Source: Eledone cirrhosa
Lineage: Eukaryota
Direction of reading: 5' to 3'
Length of the DNA: 64,000 bases
Assembly (NCBI GenBank): GCA_964016885.1
Contig: OZ024743.1
Coordinates: forward strand, 49,538,001-49,602,000
Part shown: positions 1-13,432 of the stretch, in pieces
Position numbering within the stretch: position 1 is the stretch's first letter
Layout of the letters: each line of letters starts with the position of its first letter
Notes under the pieces: generated by a model
Database searches by the model: none
Told to the model about the DNA's origin: nothing
Seen by the model: only the letters and a program-made list of their open reading frames with translations
Program-made: the position numbers and the translations under genes

Positions 1-2640
1 ACACTACCCCACCACCACTGTCATAACCATCATCATCATTGACACTACCCCACCACCACTGTCATAACCAACACCATCATTGATACTACCCCCACCACCA
101 CTGTCATAACCATCATCGTCATTGACACTACCCCCACCACCACTGTCATAACCATCATCATCATTGACACTACCCCACCACCACTGTGATAACCATCATC
201 ATCATTGACACTACCCCCACCACCACTGTCATAACCATCATCATCATTGACACTACCCCCACCACCACTGTCATAACCATCATCATCATTGACACTACCC
301 CACCACCAATGTCATAACCAACACCATCATTGACACTACCCCCACCACCACTGTCATAACCAACACCATCATTGACACTACCCCACCACCACTGTCATAA
401 CCATCATCATCATTGACACTACCCCACCACCACTGTCATAACCAACACCATCATTGACACTACCCCCACCACCACTGTCATAACCATCATCGTCATTGAC
501 ACTACTCCCACCACCACTGTCATAACCATCATCATCATTGACACTACCCCACCACCACTGTGATAACCATCATCATCATTGACACTACCCCCACCACCAC
601 TGTTATAACCATCATCATCATTGACACTACCCCCACCACCAATGTCATAACCATCATCATCATTGACACTACCCCACCACCACCAGTCATAACCAACACC
701 ATCATTGACACTACCCCCACCACCACTGTCATAACCATCATCATCATTGACACTACCCCCACCACCACTGTCATAACCATCATCATCATTGACACTACCC
801 CACCACCACTGTCATAACCATCATCATCATTGACACTACCCCCACCACCACTGTCATAACCATCATCATCATTGACACTACCCCCACCACCACTGTCATA
901 ACCATCATCATCATTGACACTACCCCCACCACCACTGTTATAACCATCATCATCATTGACACTACCCCACCACCACTGTCATAACCAACACCATCATTGA
1001 CACTACCCCCACCACCACTGTCATAACCAACATCATCATTGACACTACCCCACCACCACTGTCATAACCATCATCATCATTGACACTACCCCTACCACCA
1101 CTGTCATAACCAACACCATCATTGACACTACCCCACCACCACTGTCATAACCACCATCATCTTTGACACTACCTCTACCACCACTGTCATAACCATCATC
1201 ATCATTGACACTACCCCTACCACCACTGTCATAACCATCATCATCATTGACACTACCCCACCACCACTGTCATAACCAACACCATTGACACTACCCCCAC
1301 CACCACTGTCATAACCACCATCATCATTGACACTACCCCACCACCACTGTCATACCCATCATCATCATTGACACTACCCCTACCACCACTGTCATGACCA
1401 CCATCATCATTGACACTACCCCCACCACCGCAACCAACACCATTGACACTACCCCCACCACCACTGTCATAACTAACACCATTGACACTACCCCCACCAC
1501 CACTGTCATAACCATCATCATCATTGACACTACCCCTACCACCACTGTCATAACCAACACCATCGACACTACCCCCACCACCACTGTCATAACCAACACC
1601 ATTGACACTACCCCCACCACCACTGTCATACCCATCATCATCATTGACACTACCCCCACCACCACTGTCATAACCAACACCATCATTGACACTACCCCCA
1701 CCACCACTGTCATAACCATCATCATCATTGACACTACCCCACCACCACTGTCATAACCATCATCATCATTGACACTACCCCACCACCACTGTCATAACCA
1801 TCATCATCATTGACACTACCCCCACCACCACTGTCATAACCATCATCATCATTGACACTACCCCCACCACCACTGTCATAACCATCATCATCATTGACAC
1901 TACCCCACCACCACTGTCATAACCATCATCATCATTGACACTACCCCCACCACCACTGTCATAACCACCATCATCATTGACACTACCCCCACCACCACTG
2001 TCATAACCATCATCATCATTGACACTACCCCACCACCACTGTCATAACCATCATCATCATTGACACTACCCCCACCACCACTGTCATAACCACCATCATC
2101 ATTGACACTACCCCCACCACCACTGTCATAACCATCATCATCATTGACACTACCCCCACCACCACTGTCATAACCATCATCATCATTGACACTACCCCAC
2201 CACCACTGTCATAACCATCATCATCATTGACACTACCCCACCACCACTGTCATAACCATCATCATCATTGACACTACCCCACCACCACTGTCATAACCAT
2301 CATCATCATTGACACTACCCCCACCACCACTGTCATAACCACCATCATCATTGACACTACCCCCACCACCACTGTCATAACCAACATCATCATTGACACT
2401 ACCCCCACCACCACTGTCATAACCATCATCATCATTGACACTACCCCACCACCACTGTCATAACCATCATCATCATTGACACTACCCCACCACCACTGTC
2501 ATAACCATCATCATCATTGACACTACCCCCACCACCACTGTCATAACCAACACCATCATTGACACTACCCCCACCACCACTGTCATAACCAACACCATCA
2601 TTGACACTACCCCACCACCACTGTCATACCCATCATCATC
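1..2640. repeat. Minisatellite, 41/42-bp unit (acactaccc(c)caccaccactgtcataaccatcatcatcattg), runs off the window start
   Basis: Direct tandem repetition; the ORFs 544-2664 are translations of the unit. Confidence 0.97.
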
Positions 2641-3142
2641 ACCATACATTTTCCATATTAGCATTATATAGTCGTTAATCTATACTCTTATATAATCACC
2701 ACAAACATATTTACACCCACCTTTCCATGTTGGCATGGGCTAGACAGGATTCTTTTGAGCCTGTCTTTCTACCACCAAGTAGGCTGCAGTGGGGCTTCAA
2801 CCCAGGATGCAAAGAGTTAAAAAAAAGAAAAAGTGCAAAACATTTTATCTGATGCTTTAATGATTCTGCTAATCTATCACGAGTTAATTAATTAATATTA
2901 TAAAAGTACATGTCCCTTATTTATTTATACACCATTTTCCTGTCCCCTCCAGTCCTCCTCCTCCTACCATTGAAAAACTGTGTAGAAACAACAACAATTA
3001 TATTAACATGTTATTAAGAGTTGTATTTTAGTTTTGTTGCTAGGTTTTATTTCCAGTATAGGAGCTTCTTCAGTATTGAGGGACAGAATATATAATGAAG
3101 GAGGGGATAATTATAGTGGGGCTTAAGTTGAAGCTAAACATA

Positions 3143-6100
3143 GTCTCCTGTCTCCAGTGTCATGTCTGTTTTCTCTAGTGTCATATCACTTGTCTCTAGT
3201 GTCATGTCTGTTGTCTCCAGTGTCATGTCTGTTGTCTGCAGTGTCATGTCTGTTGTTTCTAGTGTCATGTCTGTTGTCTCTAGTGTCATGTCTGTTGTCT
3301 CCAGTGTCATATCACTTGTCTCTAGTGTCATGTCTGTTGTCTCTAGTGTCATGTCTGTTGTCTCTAGTGTCATGTCTGTTGTCTGCAGTGTCATGTCTGT
3401 TGTTTCTAGAGTCATGTCTGTTGTCTCTAGTGTCATGTCTGTTGTCTCCAGTGTCATGTCTGTTGTCTCCAGTGTCATGTCTGTTGTCTCTAGTGTCATG
3501 TCTGTTGTCTCTAGAGTCATGTCTCTTGTCTTCAGTGTCATGTCTGTTGTCTTCAGTGTCATGTCTGTTGTCTCTAGTGTCATGTCTGTTGTCTCTAGTG
3601 TCATGTCTGTTGTCTTCAGTGTCATGTCTGTTGTCTCCAGTGTCATGTCTGTTGTCTCTAGTGTCATGTCTGTTGTCTCTAGTGTCATGTCTGTTGTCTC
3701 CAGTGTCATGCCTGTTGTCTCTAGTGTCATGTCTCTTGTCTCTAGTGTCATGTCTGTTGTCTCCAGTGTCATATCACTTGTCACCAGTGTCATGTCTCTT
3801 GTCTCTAGTGTCATGTCTGTTGTCTCCAGTGTCATGTCTGTTGTCTCCAGTGTCATGTCTGTTGTCTCTAGTGTCATGTCTGTTGTCTCCAGTGTCATGT
3901 CTGTTGTCTCTAGTGTCATGCCTGTTGTCTCCAGTGTCATGTCTGTTGTCTCCAGTGTCATGTCTGTTGTCTCTGGTGTCATGTTTGTTGTCTCTAGTGT
4001 CATGTCTGTTGTCTCTAGTGTCATGTCTGTTGTCTCTAGTGTCATGTCTGTTGTCTGCAGTGTCACGTCTGTTGTCTCTAGTGTCATGTCTGTTGTTTCT
4101 AGAGTCATGTCTGTTGTCTCTAGTGTCATGTCTGTTGTCTCTAGTGTCATGTCTCTTGTCTCCAGTGTCATGTCTGTTGTCTGCAGTGTCATGTCTGTTG
4201 TCTCTAGTGTCACGTCTGTTGTCTCTAGTGTCACGTCTGTTGTCTCTAGTGTCATGTCTGTTGTCTCTAGTGTCATGTCTGTTGTCTCTAGTGTCATGTC
4301 TGTTGTCTCTAGTGTCATGTCTGTTGTCTCTAGTGTCATGTCTGTTGTCTCCAGTGTCATGTCTGTTGTCTCCAGTGTAATGTCTCTTGTCTCTAGTGTC
4401 ATGTCTGTTGTCTCTAGTGTCATGTCTGTTGTCTCCAGTGTCATGTCTGTTGTCTCTAGTGTCATGTCTGTTGTCTCTAGTGTCATGTCTGTTGTCTCTA
4501 GTATCATATCTGTTGTCTCTAGTGTCATGCCTGTTGTCTCTAGTGTCATGTCTGTTGTCTCTAGTGTCATGTCTGCTGTCTCTAGTGTCATGTCTGTTGT
4601 CTCTAGTGTCATGTCTCTTGTCTCCAGTGTCATGCCTGTTGTCTCTAGTGTCATGTCTGCTGTCTCTAGTGTCATGTCTGTTGTGTCTAGTGTCATGTCT
4701 CTTGTCTCTAGTGTCATGCCTGTTGTCTCTAGTGTCATGTCTGTTGTCTCTAGTGTCATGTCTGTTGTCTCTAGAGTCATGTCTGTTGTCTCTAGTGTCA
4801 TGCCTGTTGTCTCTAGTGTCATGTCTGTTGTCTCTAGTATCATGTCTGTTGTCTCTAGTATCATGTCTGTTGTCTCTAGTGTCATGCCTGTTGTCTCTAG
4901 TGTCATGTCTGTTGTCTCTAGTGTCATGTCTGTTGTCTCTAGTGTCATGTCTGTTGTCTCTAGTGTCATGCCTGTTGTCTCTAGTGTCATGTCTGTTGTC
5001 TCTAGTATCATGTCTGTTGTCTCTAGTATCATGTCTGTTGTCTCTAGTGTCATGTCTGTTGTCTCTAGTGTCATGCCTGTTGTCTCTAGTGTCATGTCTG
5101 TTGTCTCTAGTATCATGTCTGTTGTCTCTAGTGTCATGCCTGTTGTCTCTAGTGTCATGTCTGTTGTCTCTAGTGTCATGTCTGTTGTCTCCAGTGTCAT
5201 GTCTGTTGTCTCTAGTGTCATGTCTGTTGTCTCTAGTGTCATGTCTGTTGTCTCTGGTGTCATGTCTGTTGTCTCTAGTGTCATGTCTGTTGTCTCTAGT
5301 GTCATATCTGTTGTCTCCAGTGTAATGTCTGTTGTCTCCAGTGTCATGTCTGTTGTCTCCAATGTCATGTCACTTGTCTCTAGTGTCATGTCTCTTGTCT
5401 CTAGTGTCACGTCTGTTGTCTCTAGTGTCATGTCTGTTGTCTCTAGTGTCATATCTGTTGTCTCCAGTGTAATGTCTGTTGTCTCCAGTGTCATGTCTGT
5501 TGTCTCCAGTGTCATGTCACTTGTCTCTAGTGTCATGTCTCTTGTCACCAGTGTCATGTCTGTTGTCTCCAGTGTCATGTCACTTGTCTCTAGTGTCATG
5601 TCTCTTGTCTCTAGTGTCACGTCTGTTGTCTCTAGTGTCATGTCTGTTGTCTCTAGTGTCATGCCTGTTGTCTCCAGTGTCATGTCTCTTGTCTCTAGTG
5701 TCACGTCTGTTGTCTCTAGTGTCATGTCTGTTGTCTCCAGTGTCATGTCTGTTGTCTCTAGTGTCATGTCACTTGTCTCTAGTGTCATGCCTGTTGTCTC
5801 CAGTGTCATGTCACTTGTCTCCAGTGTCATGTCTCTTGTCTCTAGTGTCATGTCTGTTGTCTCCAGTGTCATGTCTCTTGTCTCTAGTGTCATGTCTGTT
5901 GTCTCTAGTGTCATGTCTGTTGTCTCTGGTGTCATGTCTGTTGTCTCTAGAGTCATGTCTGTTGTCTCCAGTGTCATGTCTGTTGTCTCCAGTGTCATGT
6001 CTGTTGTCTCCAGTGTCATGTCTGTTGTCTCTGGTGTCATGTCTGTTGTCTCTAGTGTCATGTCTGTTGTCTCTAGTGTCATGTCTGTTGTCTCCAGTGT

Positions 6101-9100
6101 CATGTCTGTTGTCTGCAGTGTCATGTCTCTTGTCTCTAGTGTCATGTCTGTTGTCTCCAGTGTCATGTCTGTTGTCTCTAGTGTCATGTCTGTTGTCTCG
6201 AGTGTCATGTCTGTTGTCTTCAGTGTCATGTCTGTTGTCTCCAGTGTCATGTCTGTTGTCTCTAGTGTCATGTCTGTTGTCTCCAGTGTCATGTCTGTTG
6301 TCTCTAGTGTCATGTCTGTTGTCTCTAGTGTCATGTCTCTTGTCTCCAGTGTCATGTCTGTTGTCTCCTGTGTAATGTCTGTTGTCTCCAGTGTCATGTC
6401 TGTTGTCTCTAGTGTCATGTCTGTTGTCTCTAGTGTCATGTCTGTTGTCTCTAGTGTCATGTCTGTTGTCTCTAGTGTCATGTCTGTTGTCTCTAGTATC
6501 ATGTCTGTTGTCTCTAGTGTCATGTCTCTTGTCTCTAGTGCCATGTCTGTTGTCTCTAGTGTCATGTCTGTTGTCTCTAGTGTCATGTCTGTTGTCTCCA
6601 GTGTCATGTCTGTTGTCTCCAGTGTCATGTCTGTTGTCTCTAGTGTCATGTCTGTTGTCTCTAGTGTCATGTCTGTTGTGTCTAGTGTCATGTCTGTTCT
6701 CTCCAGTGTCATGTCTGTTGTCTCTAGTGTCATGTCTGTTGTCTCTAGTGTCATGTCTGTTGTCTCTAGTGTCATGTCACTTGTCTCTAGTGTCATGTCT
6801 GTTGTCTCTAGTGTCATGTCTCTTGTCTCTAGTGTCATGTTTCTTGTCTCCAGTGTCATGTCTGTTGTCTCCAGTGTCATGTCTGTTGTCTCCAGTGTAA
6901 TGTCTGTTGTCTCCAGTGTCATGCCTGTTGTCTCTAGTGTCATGTCTGTTGTCTCTAGTGTCATGTCTGTTGTCTCTGGTGTCATGTCTGTTGTCTCTAG
7001 TGTCATGTCTGTTGTCTCCAGTGTCATGTCTGTTGTCTCCAGTGTCATGTCTGTTGTCTCCAGTGTCATGTCTGTTGTCTCTAGTGTCATGTCTGTTGTC
7101 TCCAGTGTCATGTTTGTTGTCTCCAGTGTAATGTCTGTTGTCTCCAGTATCATGTCTCTTGTCTCTAGTGTCATGTCTCTTGTCTCTAGTGTCATGTCTG
7201 TTGTCTCTAGTGTCATGTCTGTTGTCTCTAGTGTCATGTCTATTGTCTCTAGTGTCATGTCTGTTGTGTCTAGTGTCATGTCTGTTCTCTCCAGTGTCAT
7301 GTCTGTTGTCTCTAGTGTCATGTCTGTTGTCTCTGGTGTCATGTCTGTTGTCTCTAGTGTCATGTCTGTTGTCTCCAGTGTCATGTCTGTTGTCTCCAGT
7401 GTCATGTCTGTTGTCTCCAGTGTCATGTCTGTTGTCTCTAGTGTCATGTCTGTTGTCTCCAGTGTCATGTTTGTTGTCTCCAGTGTAATGTCTGTTGTCT
7501 CCAGTATCATGTCTCTTGTCTCTAGTGTCATGTCTATTGTCTCTAGTGTCATGTCTCTTGTCTCCAGTGTCATGTCTCTTGTCTCTAGTGTCATGTCTGT
7601 TGTCTCTAGTGTCATGTCTGTTGTGTCTAGTGTCATGTCTGTTCTCTCCAGTGTCATGTCTGTTGTCTCTAGTGTCATGTCTGTTGTCTCTAGTGTCATG
7701 TCTGTTGTCTCTAGTGTCATGTCTCTTGTCTCTAGTGTCATGTCTCTTGTCTCCAGTGTAATGTCTGTTGTCTCTAGTGTCATGTCTCTTGTCTCCAGTG
7801 TAATGTCTGTTGTCTCTAGTGTAATGTCTGTTGTCTCTAGTGTAATGCCTGTTGTCTCTAGTGTCATGCCTGTTGTCTCTAGTGTCATGTCTGTTGTCTC
7901 TAGTGTCATGTCTGTTGTCTCTGGTGTCATGTCTGTTGTCTCTAGTGTCATGTCTGTTGTCTCCAGTGTCATGTCTGTTGTCTCCAGTGTCATGTCTGTT
8001 GTCTCCAGTGTCATGTCTGTTCTCTCCAGTGTCATATCACTTGTCTCTAGTGTCATGTCTGTTGTCTCTAGTGTCATGTCTGTTGTCTCTAGTGTCATGT
8101 CTGTTGTCTCTAGTGTCATGTCTCTTGTCTCTAGTGTCATGTCTGTTGTCTCTAGTGTCATGTCTGTTGTCTCTAGTGTCATGTCTGTTGTCTCCAGTGT
8201 CACGTCTGTTGTCTCCAGTGTCGTGTCTGTTGTCTCTAGTGTCATGTCTCTTGTCTCCAGTGTCATGTCTCTTGTCTCTAGTGTCACGTCTCTTGTCTCC
8301 AGTGTCATGTCTGTTGTCTCCAGTGTAATGTCTCTTGTCTCTAGTGTCATGTCTCTTGTCTCTAGTGTCATGTCTGTTGTCTCCAGTGTCATGTCTCTTG
8401 TCTCTAGTGTCATGTCTCTTGTCTCTAGTGTCATGTCTCTTGTCTCCAGTGTCATGTCTCTTGTCTCCAGTGTCATGTCTCTTGTCTCTAGTGTCATGTC
8501 TCTTGTCTCCAGTGTCATGTCTGTTGTCTCTAGTGTCATGTCTCTTGTCTCTAGTGTCATGTCTCTTGTCTCTAGTGTCATGTCTCTTGTCTCCAGTGTA
8601 ATGTCTCTTGTCTCTAGTGTCATGTCTCTTGTCTCTAGTGTCATGTCTGTTGTCTCCAGTGTCATGTCTCTTGTCTCCAGTGTCATGTCTCTTGTCTCTA
8701 GTGTCATGTCTCTTGTCTCCAGTGTCATGTCTCTTGTCTCTAGTGTCATGTCTCTTGTCTCCAGTGTCATGTCTCTTGTCTCCAGTGTCATGTCTCTTGT
8801 CTCTAGTGTCATGTCTCTTGTCTCTAGTGTCATGTCTGTTGTCTCTAGTGTCATGTCTCTTGTCTCTAGTGTCATGTCTCTTGTCTCCAGTGTCATGTCT
8901 CTTGTCTCTAGTGTCATGTCTATTGTCTCTAGTGTCATGTCTCTTGTCTCTAGTGTCATGTCTGTTGTCTCTAGTGTCATGTCTCTTGTCTCTAGTGTCA
9001 TGTCTCTTGTCTCCAGTGTCATGTCTCTTGTCTCTAGTGTCATGTCTATTGTCTCTAGTGTCATGTCTCTTGTCTCTAGTGTCATGTCTGTTGTCTCTAG

Positions 9101-9535
9101 TGTCATGTCTCTTGTCTCTAGTGTCATGTCTCTTGTCACCAGTGTCATGTCTCTTGTCTCCAGTGTAATGTCTCTTGTCTCTAGTGTCATGTCTGTTGTC
9201 TCCAGTGTCATGTCTCTTGTCTCCAGTGTCATGTCTCTTGTCTCTAGTGTCATGTCTCTTGTCTCTAGTGTCATGTCTGTTGTCTCTAGTGTCATGTCTC
9301 TTGTCACCAGTGTCATGTCTCTTGTCTCCAGTGTAATGTCTCTTGTCTCTAGTGTCATGTCTGTTGTCTCTAGTGTCATGTCTGTTGTCTCCAGTGTCAT
9401 GTCTCTTGTCTCCAGTGTCATGTCTCTTGTCTCCAGTGTAATGTCTCTTGTCTCTAGTGTCATGTCTCTTGTCTCTAGTGTCATGTCTCTTGTCTCCAGT
9501 GTCATGTCTCTTGTCTCTAGTGTCATGTCTCCAGT
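3143..9535. repeat. Minisatellite, 21-bp unit (gtctctagtgtcatgtctgtt), ~300 copies
   Basis: Strict 21-bp period with no indels; gives stop-free MTLETTD and VMSVVSS pseudo-ORFs on both strands. Confidence 0.97.
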
Positions 9536-9904
9536 ATCATGTTGTTATATCTTAGAGAGGTGATTCGAAAGAACCAAGTGTACATTATCAGTTTTGCTGT
9601 ATAACTGTGTATGACTGTGTCCTTAATAATCTACTGATGGTGGTGATGGTGGCAGTGTTGGTGGCGATAGTGGTGGTGGTGTTAGTGATAGTGTTGGTGT
9701 TGATGGTGGTCGTGTTAGTGGTCGTGTCATCAAGACTGCTTCTGTTTCTTTGTCTTCAGTGTCACTTGAAATCATATCTTCTCTGTCTCCTTATTATAGA
9801 CCTCCTCCTCCTCGCTGCTGCTGCCATCATCATCATCGTCGGTGTCCGATGGGCAGATCATTACAGAATTGGACAAATTGTTTTGCAGCATTTTCCATTT
9901 TCGT

Positions 9905-10020
9905 ATGGCCATTTAGGTCCTGAGTTTGAATCCCAACAAGGTCAACTTTAGTTTTAATCCTTCTGGGATGGATAAAATACCATAGTACTGGCGGTTGGTG
10001 CCATCAATTTATCCCTTTCC
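9905..10020 (+). mobile_element. Degenerate tRNA-derived SINE fragment
   Basis: B-box-like ctgagtttgaatccc followed by aaggtcaacttt..atccttctgggatggataaaata, similar to 51669-51735. Confidence 0.5.
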
Positions 10021-10029
10021 CCAAATTCT

Positions 10030-11562
10030 CATTCTATACACCACACACAGTCACCTCCATTCTATACACTACACACTATCACCTCCATTCTATACACCAC
10101 ACACAGTCACCTCCATTCTATACACCACACACTGTCACCTCCATTCTATACACCACACACAGTCACCTCCATTCTATACACTACACACTATCACCTCCAT
10201 TCTATACACCACACACTATCACCTCCATTCTATACACCACACACTGTCACCTCCATTCTATACACCACACACAGTCACCTCCATTCTATACACTACACAC
10301 TATCACCTCCATTCTATACACCACACACTGTCACCTCCATTCTATACACCACACACTGTCACCTCCATTCTATACACCACACACTGTCACCTCCATTCTA
10401 TACACCACACACTGTCACCTCCATTCTATACACTACACACTATCACCTCCATTCTATACACCACACACTGTCACCTCCATTCTATACACCACACACTGTC
10501 ACCTCCATTCTATACACCACACACTGTCACCTCCATTCTATACACTACACACTATCACCTCCATTCTATACACCACACACTATCACCTCCATTCTATACA
10601 CCACACACAGTCACCTCCATTCTATACACCACACACTGTCACCTCCATTCTATACACCACACACAGTCACCTCCATTCTATACACCACACACAGTCACCT
10701 CCATTCTATACACCGACACTATCACTTCCATTCTATACACCGACACTATCACCTCCATTCTATACAGCACACACTGTCACCTCCATTCTATACACCACAC
10801 AGTCACCTCCATTCTATACACCACACAGTCTCCTCCATTCTATACACCACACACAGTCCCCTCCATTCTATACACCGACACTATCACCTCCATTCTATAC
10901 ACCGACACTATCACCTCCATTCTATACACCGACACTATCACCTCCATTCTATACACCGACACTATCACCTCCATTCTATACAGCACACACTATCACCTCC
11001 ATTCTATATACCGACACTATCACCTCCATTCTATACAGCACACACTGTCACCTCCATTCTATACAGCACACACTATCACCTCCATTCTATACAGCACACA
11101 GTCACCTCCATTCTATACACCACACAGTATCACCTCCATTCTATACACCACACACAGTCACCTCCAATCTATACACCGACACTATCACCTCCATTCTATA
11201 CATCACACACTATCACTTCCATTCTATACACCACACACTATCACCCCCATTCTATACACCACACACTATCACTTCCATTCTATACACCACACACAGTCCC
11301 CTCCATTCTATACACCACACACTATCACCTCCATTCTATACACCACACACTATCACCTCCATTCTATACACCACACACAGTCCCCTCCATTCTATACACT
11401 GACATTATCACCTCCATTCTATACACCACACACAGTCACCTCCATTCTATACACCAACACTATCACCTCCATTCTATACACCACACACAGTCTCCTCCAT
11501 TCTATACACCACAGACTATCACCTCCATTCTATACACCACACACAGTCACCTCCAATCTATA
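10030..11562. repeat. Minisatellite, ~28-bp unit (tcacctccattctatacaccacacacWR) with 26/27-bp variants
   Basis: Tandem repetition; ORF 9995-11674 is its translation. Confidence 0.95.
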
Positions 11563-12389
11563 CTGTTACTGCCAAAACATAAATATATATTTTCCCCTTG
11601 TGTTTTCAATCCATGTTTACTGTTTAATTTTAGAATGTCTGAAAGCGCTATATTTTAACAGCTTTCAAGCCTAGTCTCTTGGAAACACACTTTTCTGTAA
11701 TTTTCTCCTCTGTTTACATAAATCACTCTGCAATGAATCTGCAGATTGTGAGAACAAAAACACTGTCAATGCTGGTTAAAAACATTGTCTTATAAAAGCA
11801 ATAATAAACATCTTGTATGTTTTTGATTTCTGTTAAAGAAACTGGCAAAATAATAACGTTTTAAAGATATATGACAATGATTTGTGGTTTAAAAAAAAAA
11901 AAATGGAAGTAATGGATTTCTTCAGTTCTGATTGTTCATTATAACTTCTGTTTAATGAAGCTTAATCAATATAGCACGGAATATTTCACAATTAATTAAA
12001 TAGCTACGGACAGATGGACAATTATATTAACGATTCATAACACTGAAATTTTGACATTTCTATTAATGGGCATATATAGTTTCTGAATTCGCGTGTGTGA
12101 GTTATACACACACACACATATATTGAACCTGTATGAGATGTATATAATGTACATATATATATCATCATCATCATTTAGCGTCCATTTTCCTAGGCAAAGA
12201 GTCTTAGTGTTTTGGACACTAGTTCGTCATCAGAAGATAGAATGAGCTGAAGATCTGCATAAGGTGAAACAATTGTTCTTGGTATGGTGAACTAACTGTT
12301 GTGTTTCTACTTCTACCAAACTAGTCCCATGGACTGAGTGCTCTACCACTATGGATATTACCTTCCAGTGTTCTACCTTTATACATAAA

Positions 12390-12393
12390 TGTA

Positions 12394-12462
<69 letters not shown>

Positions 12463-12471
12463 TTATATGTT

Positions 12472-12504
<33 letters not shown>

Positions 12505-12638
12505 TTTTATATGTTTATATATATATATATATATATGTGTGTTTATATATGTGTTTATATATATATATATGTGTGTGTTTAAATATATATATATGTGTTT
12601 ATATATATGTGTTTATATATGTGTTTATATATATATAT

Positions 12639-12702
<64 letters not shown>

Positions 12703-12915
12703 TTATATATATATGTTTATATATATATGTTTATATATATATATGTTTATATATATATGTTTATATATATATATGTATATATATATATGTATATATATAT
12801 ATATGTTTATATATATATATGTTTATATATATATATGTTTATATATGTTTATATATATATATATATGTTTATATATATATATATATGTTTATATATATAT
12901 GTTTATATATATATA
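12390..12915. repeat. (TA)n microsatellite interrupted by GTTT
   Basis: Seen directly. Confidence 0.95.
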
Positions 12916-12920
12916 TCTAT

Positions 12921-13225
12921 CTAAGGCGGGTAAAATTCCCGAGATCCATGGACGAGTTCTCTCCAGCGGTCTCTGTCCCTCATTATCGCTGCCATATCCT
13001 GCATCTCCAACAGACCAGTGTCTGTCCTTAGGGCATCAACATATGTTAACCTTGGTCTTCCTCTTCTAGTGTGTCCATGTAGGGGCTCCCAAAGGAGCAC
13101 TGAGTGCAATGTCAACTCTGGATGTCGGTGAGCATGTCCAGCCAACCTCAGTCTCCTCTGTGTCACATTTGAGCTGACTTTTGGGATGCTCCCATACAGC
13201 TCTGAGTTTTTCATCCTCAGTGTAT
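12921..13225 (-). mobile_element. 3' fragment of an RTE-like LINE (ORF C-terminus), different family from the main RTE
   Basis: [34 protein letters not shown] matches the RTE-type C-terminal motif; embedded in (TA)n. Confidence 0.75.
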
Positions 13226-13356
13226 ACTGATTAAATATATATATATATGTTTATATATATATATATAGGTTTATATATATATATTTGTTTATATATATAT
13301 ATGTTTATATATATATATGTGTTTATATATATATATATATATATATATATGTTTAT

Positions 13357-13409
<53 letters not shown>

Positions 13410-13432
13410 TATATATATATATATATGTTTAT

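Noticed and set aside
544-2664. Mucin-like or Met/Val-rich ORFs
   Set aside because: Frames are broken by 41- versus 42-bp unit alternation; this is a minisatellite.
3134-9563. 2130-aa and 2133-aa ORFs as real genes
   Set aside because: Pure 7-residue translations of a 21-bp satellite with no unique domain.
9607-9951. Membrane protein ORF
   Set aside because: Hydrophobicity comes from (GTG)n and other triplet runs, and the end is SINE-derived.
12218-12240. Hammerhead on the minus strand (ctgatgacgaactag)
   Set aside because: No stem II, no GAAA and no stem I pairing.
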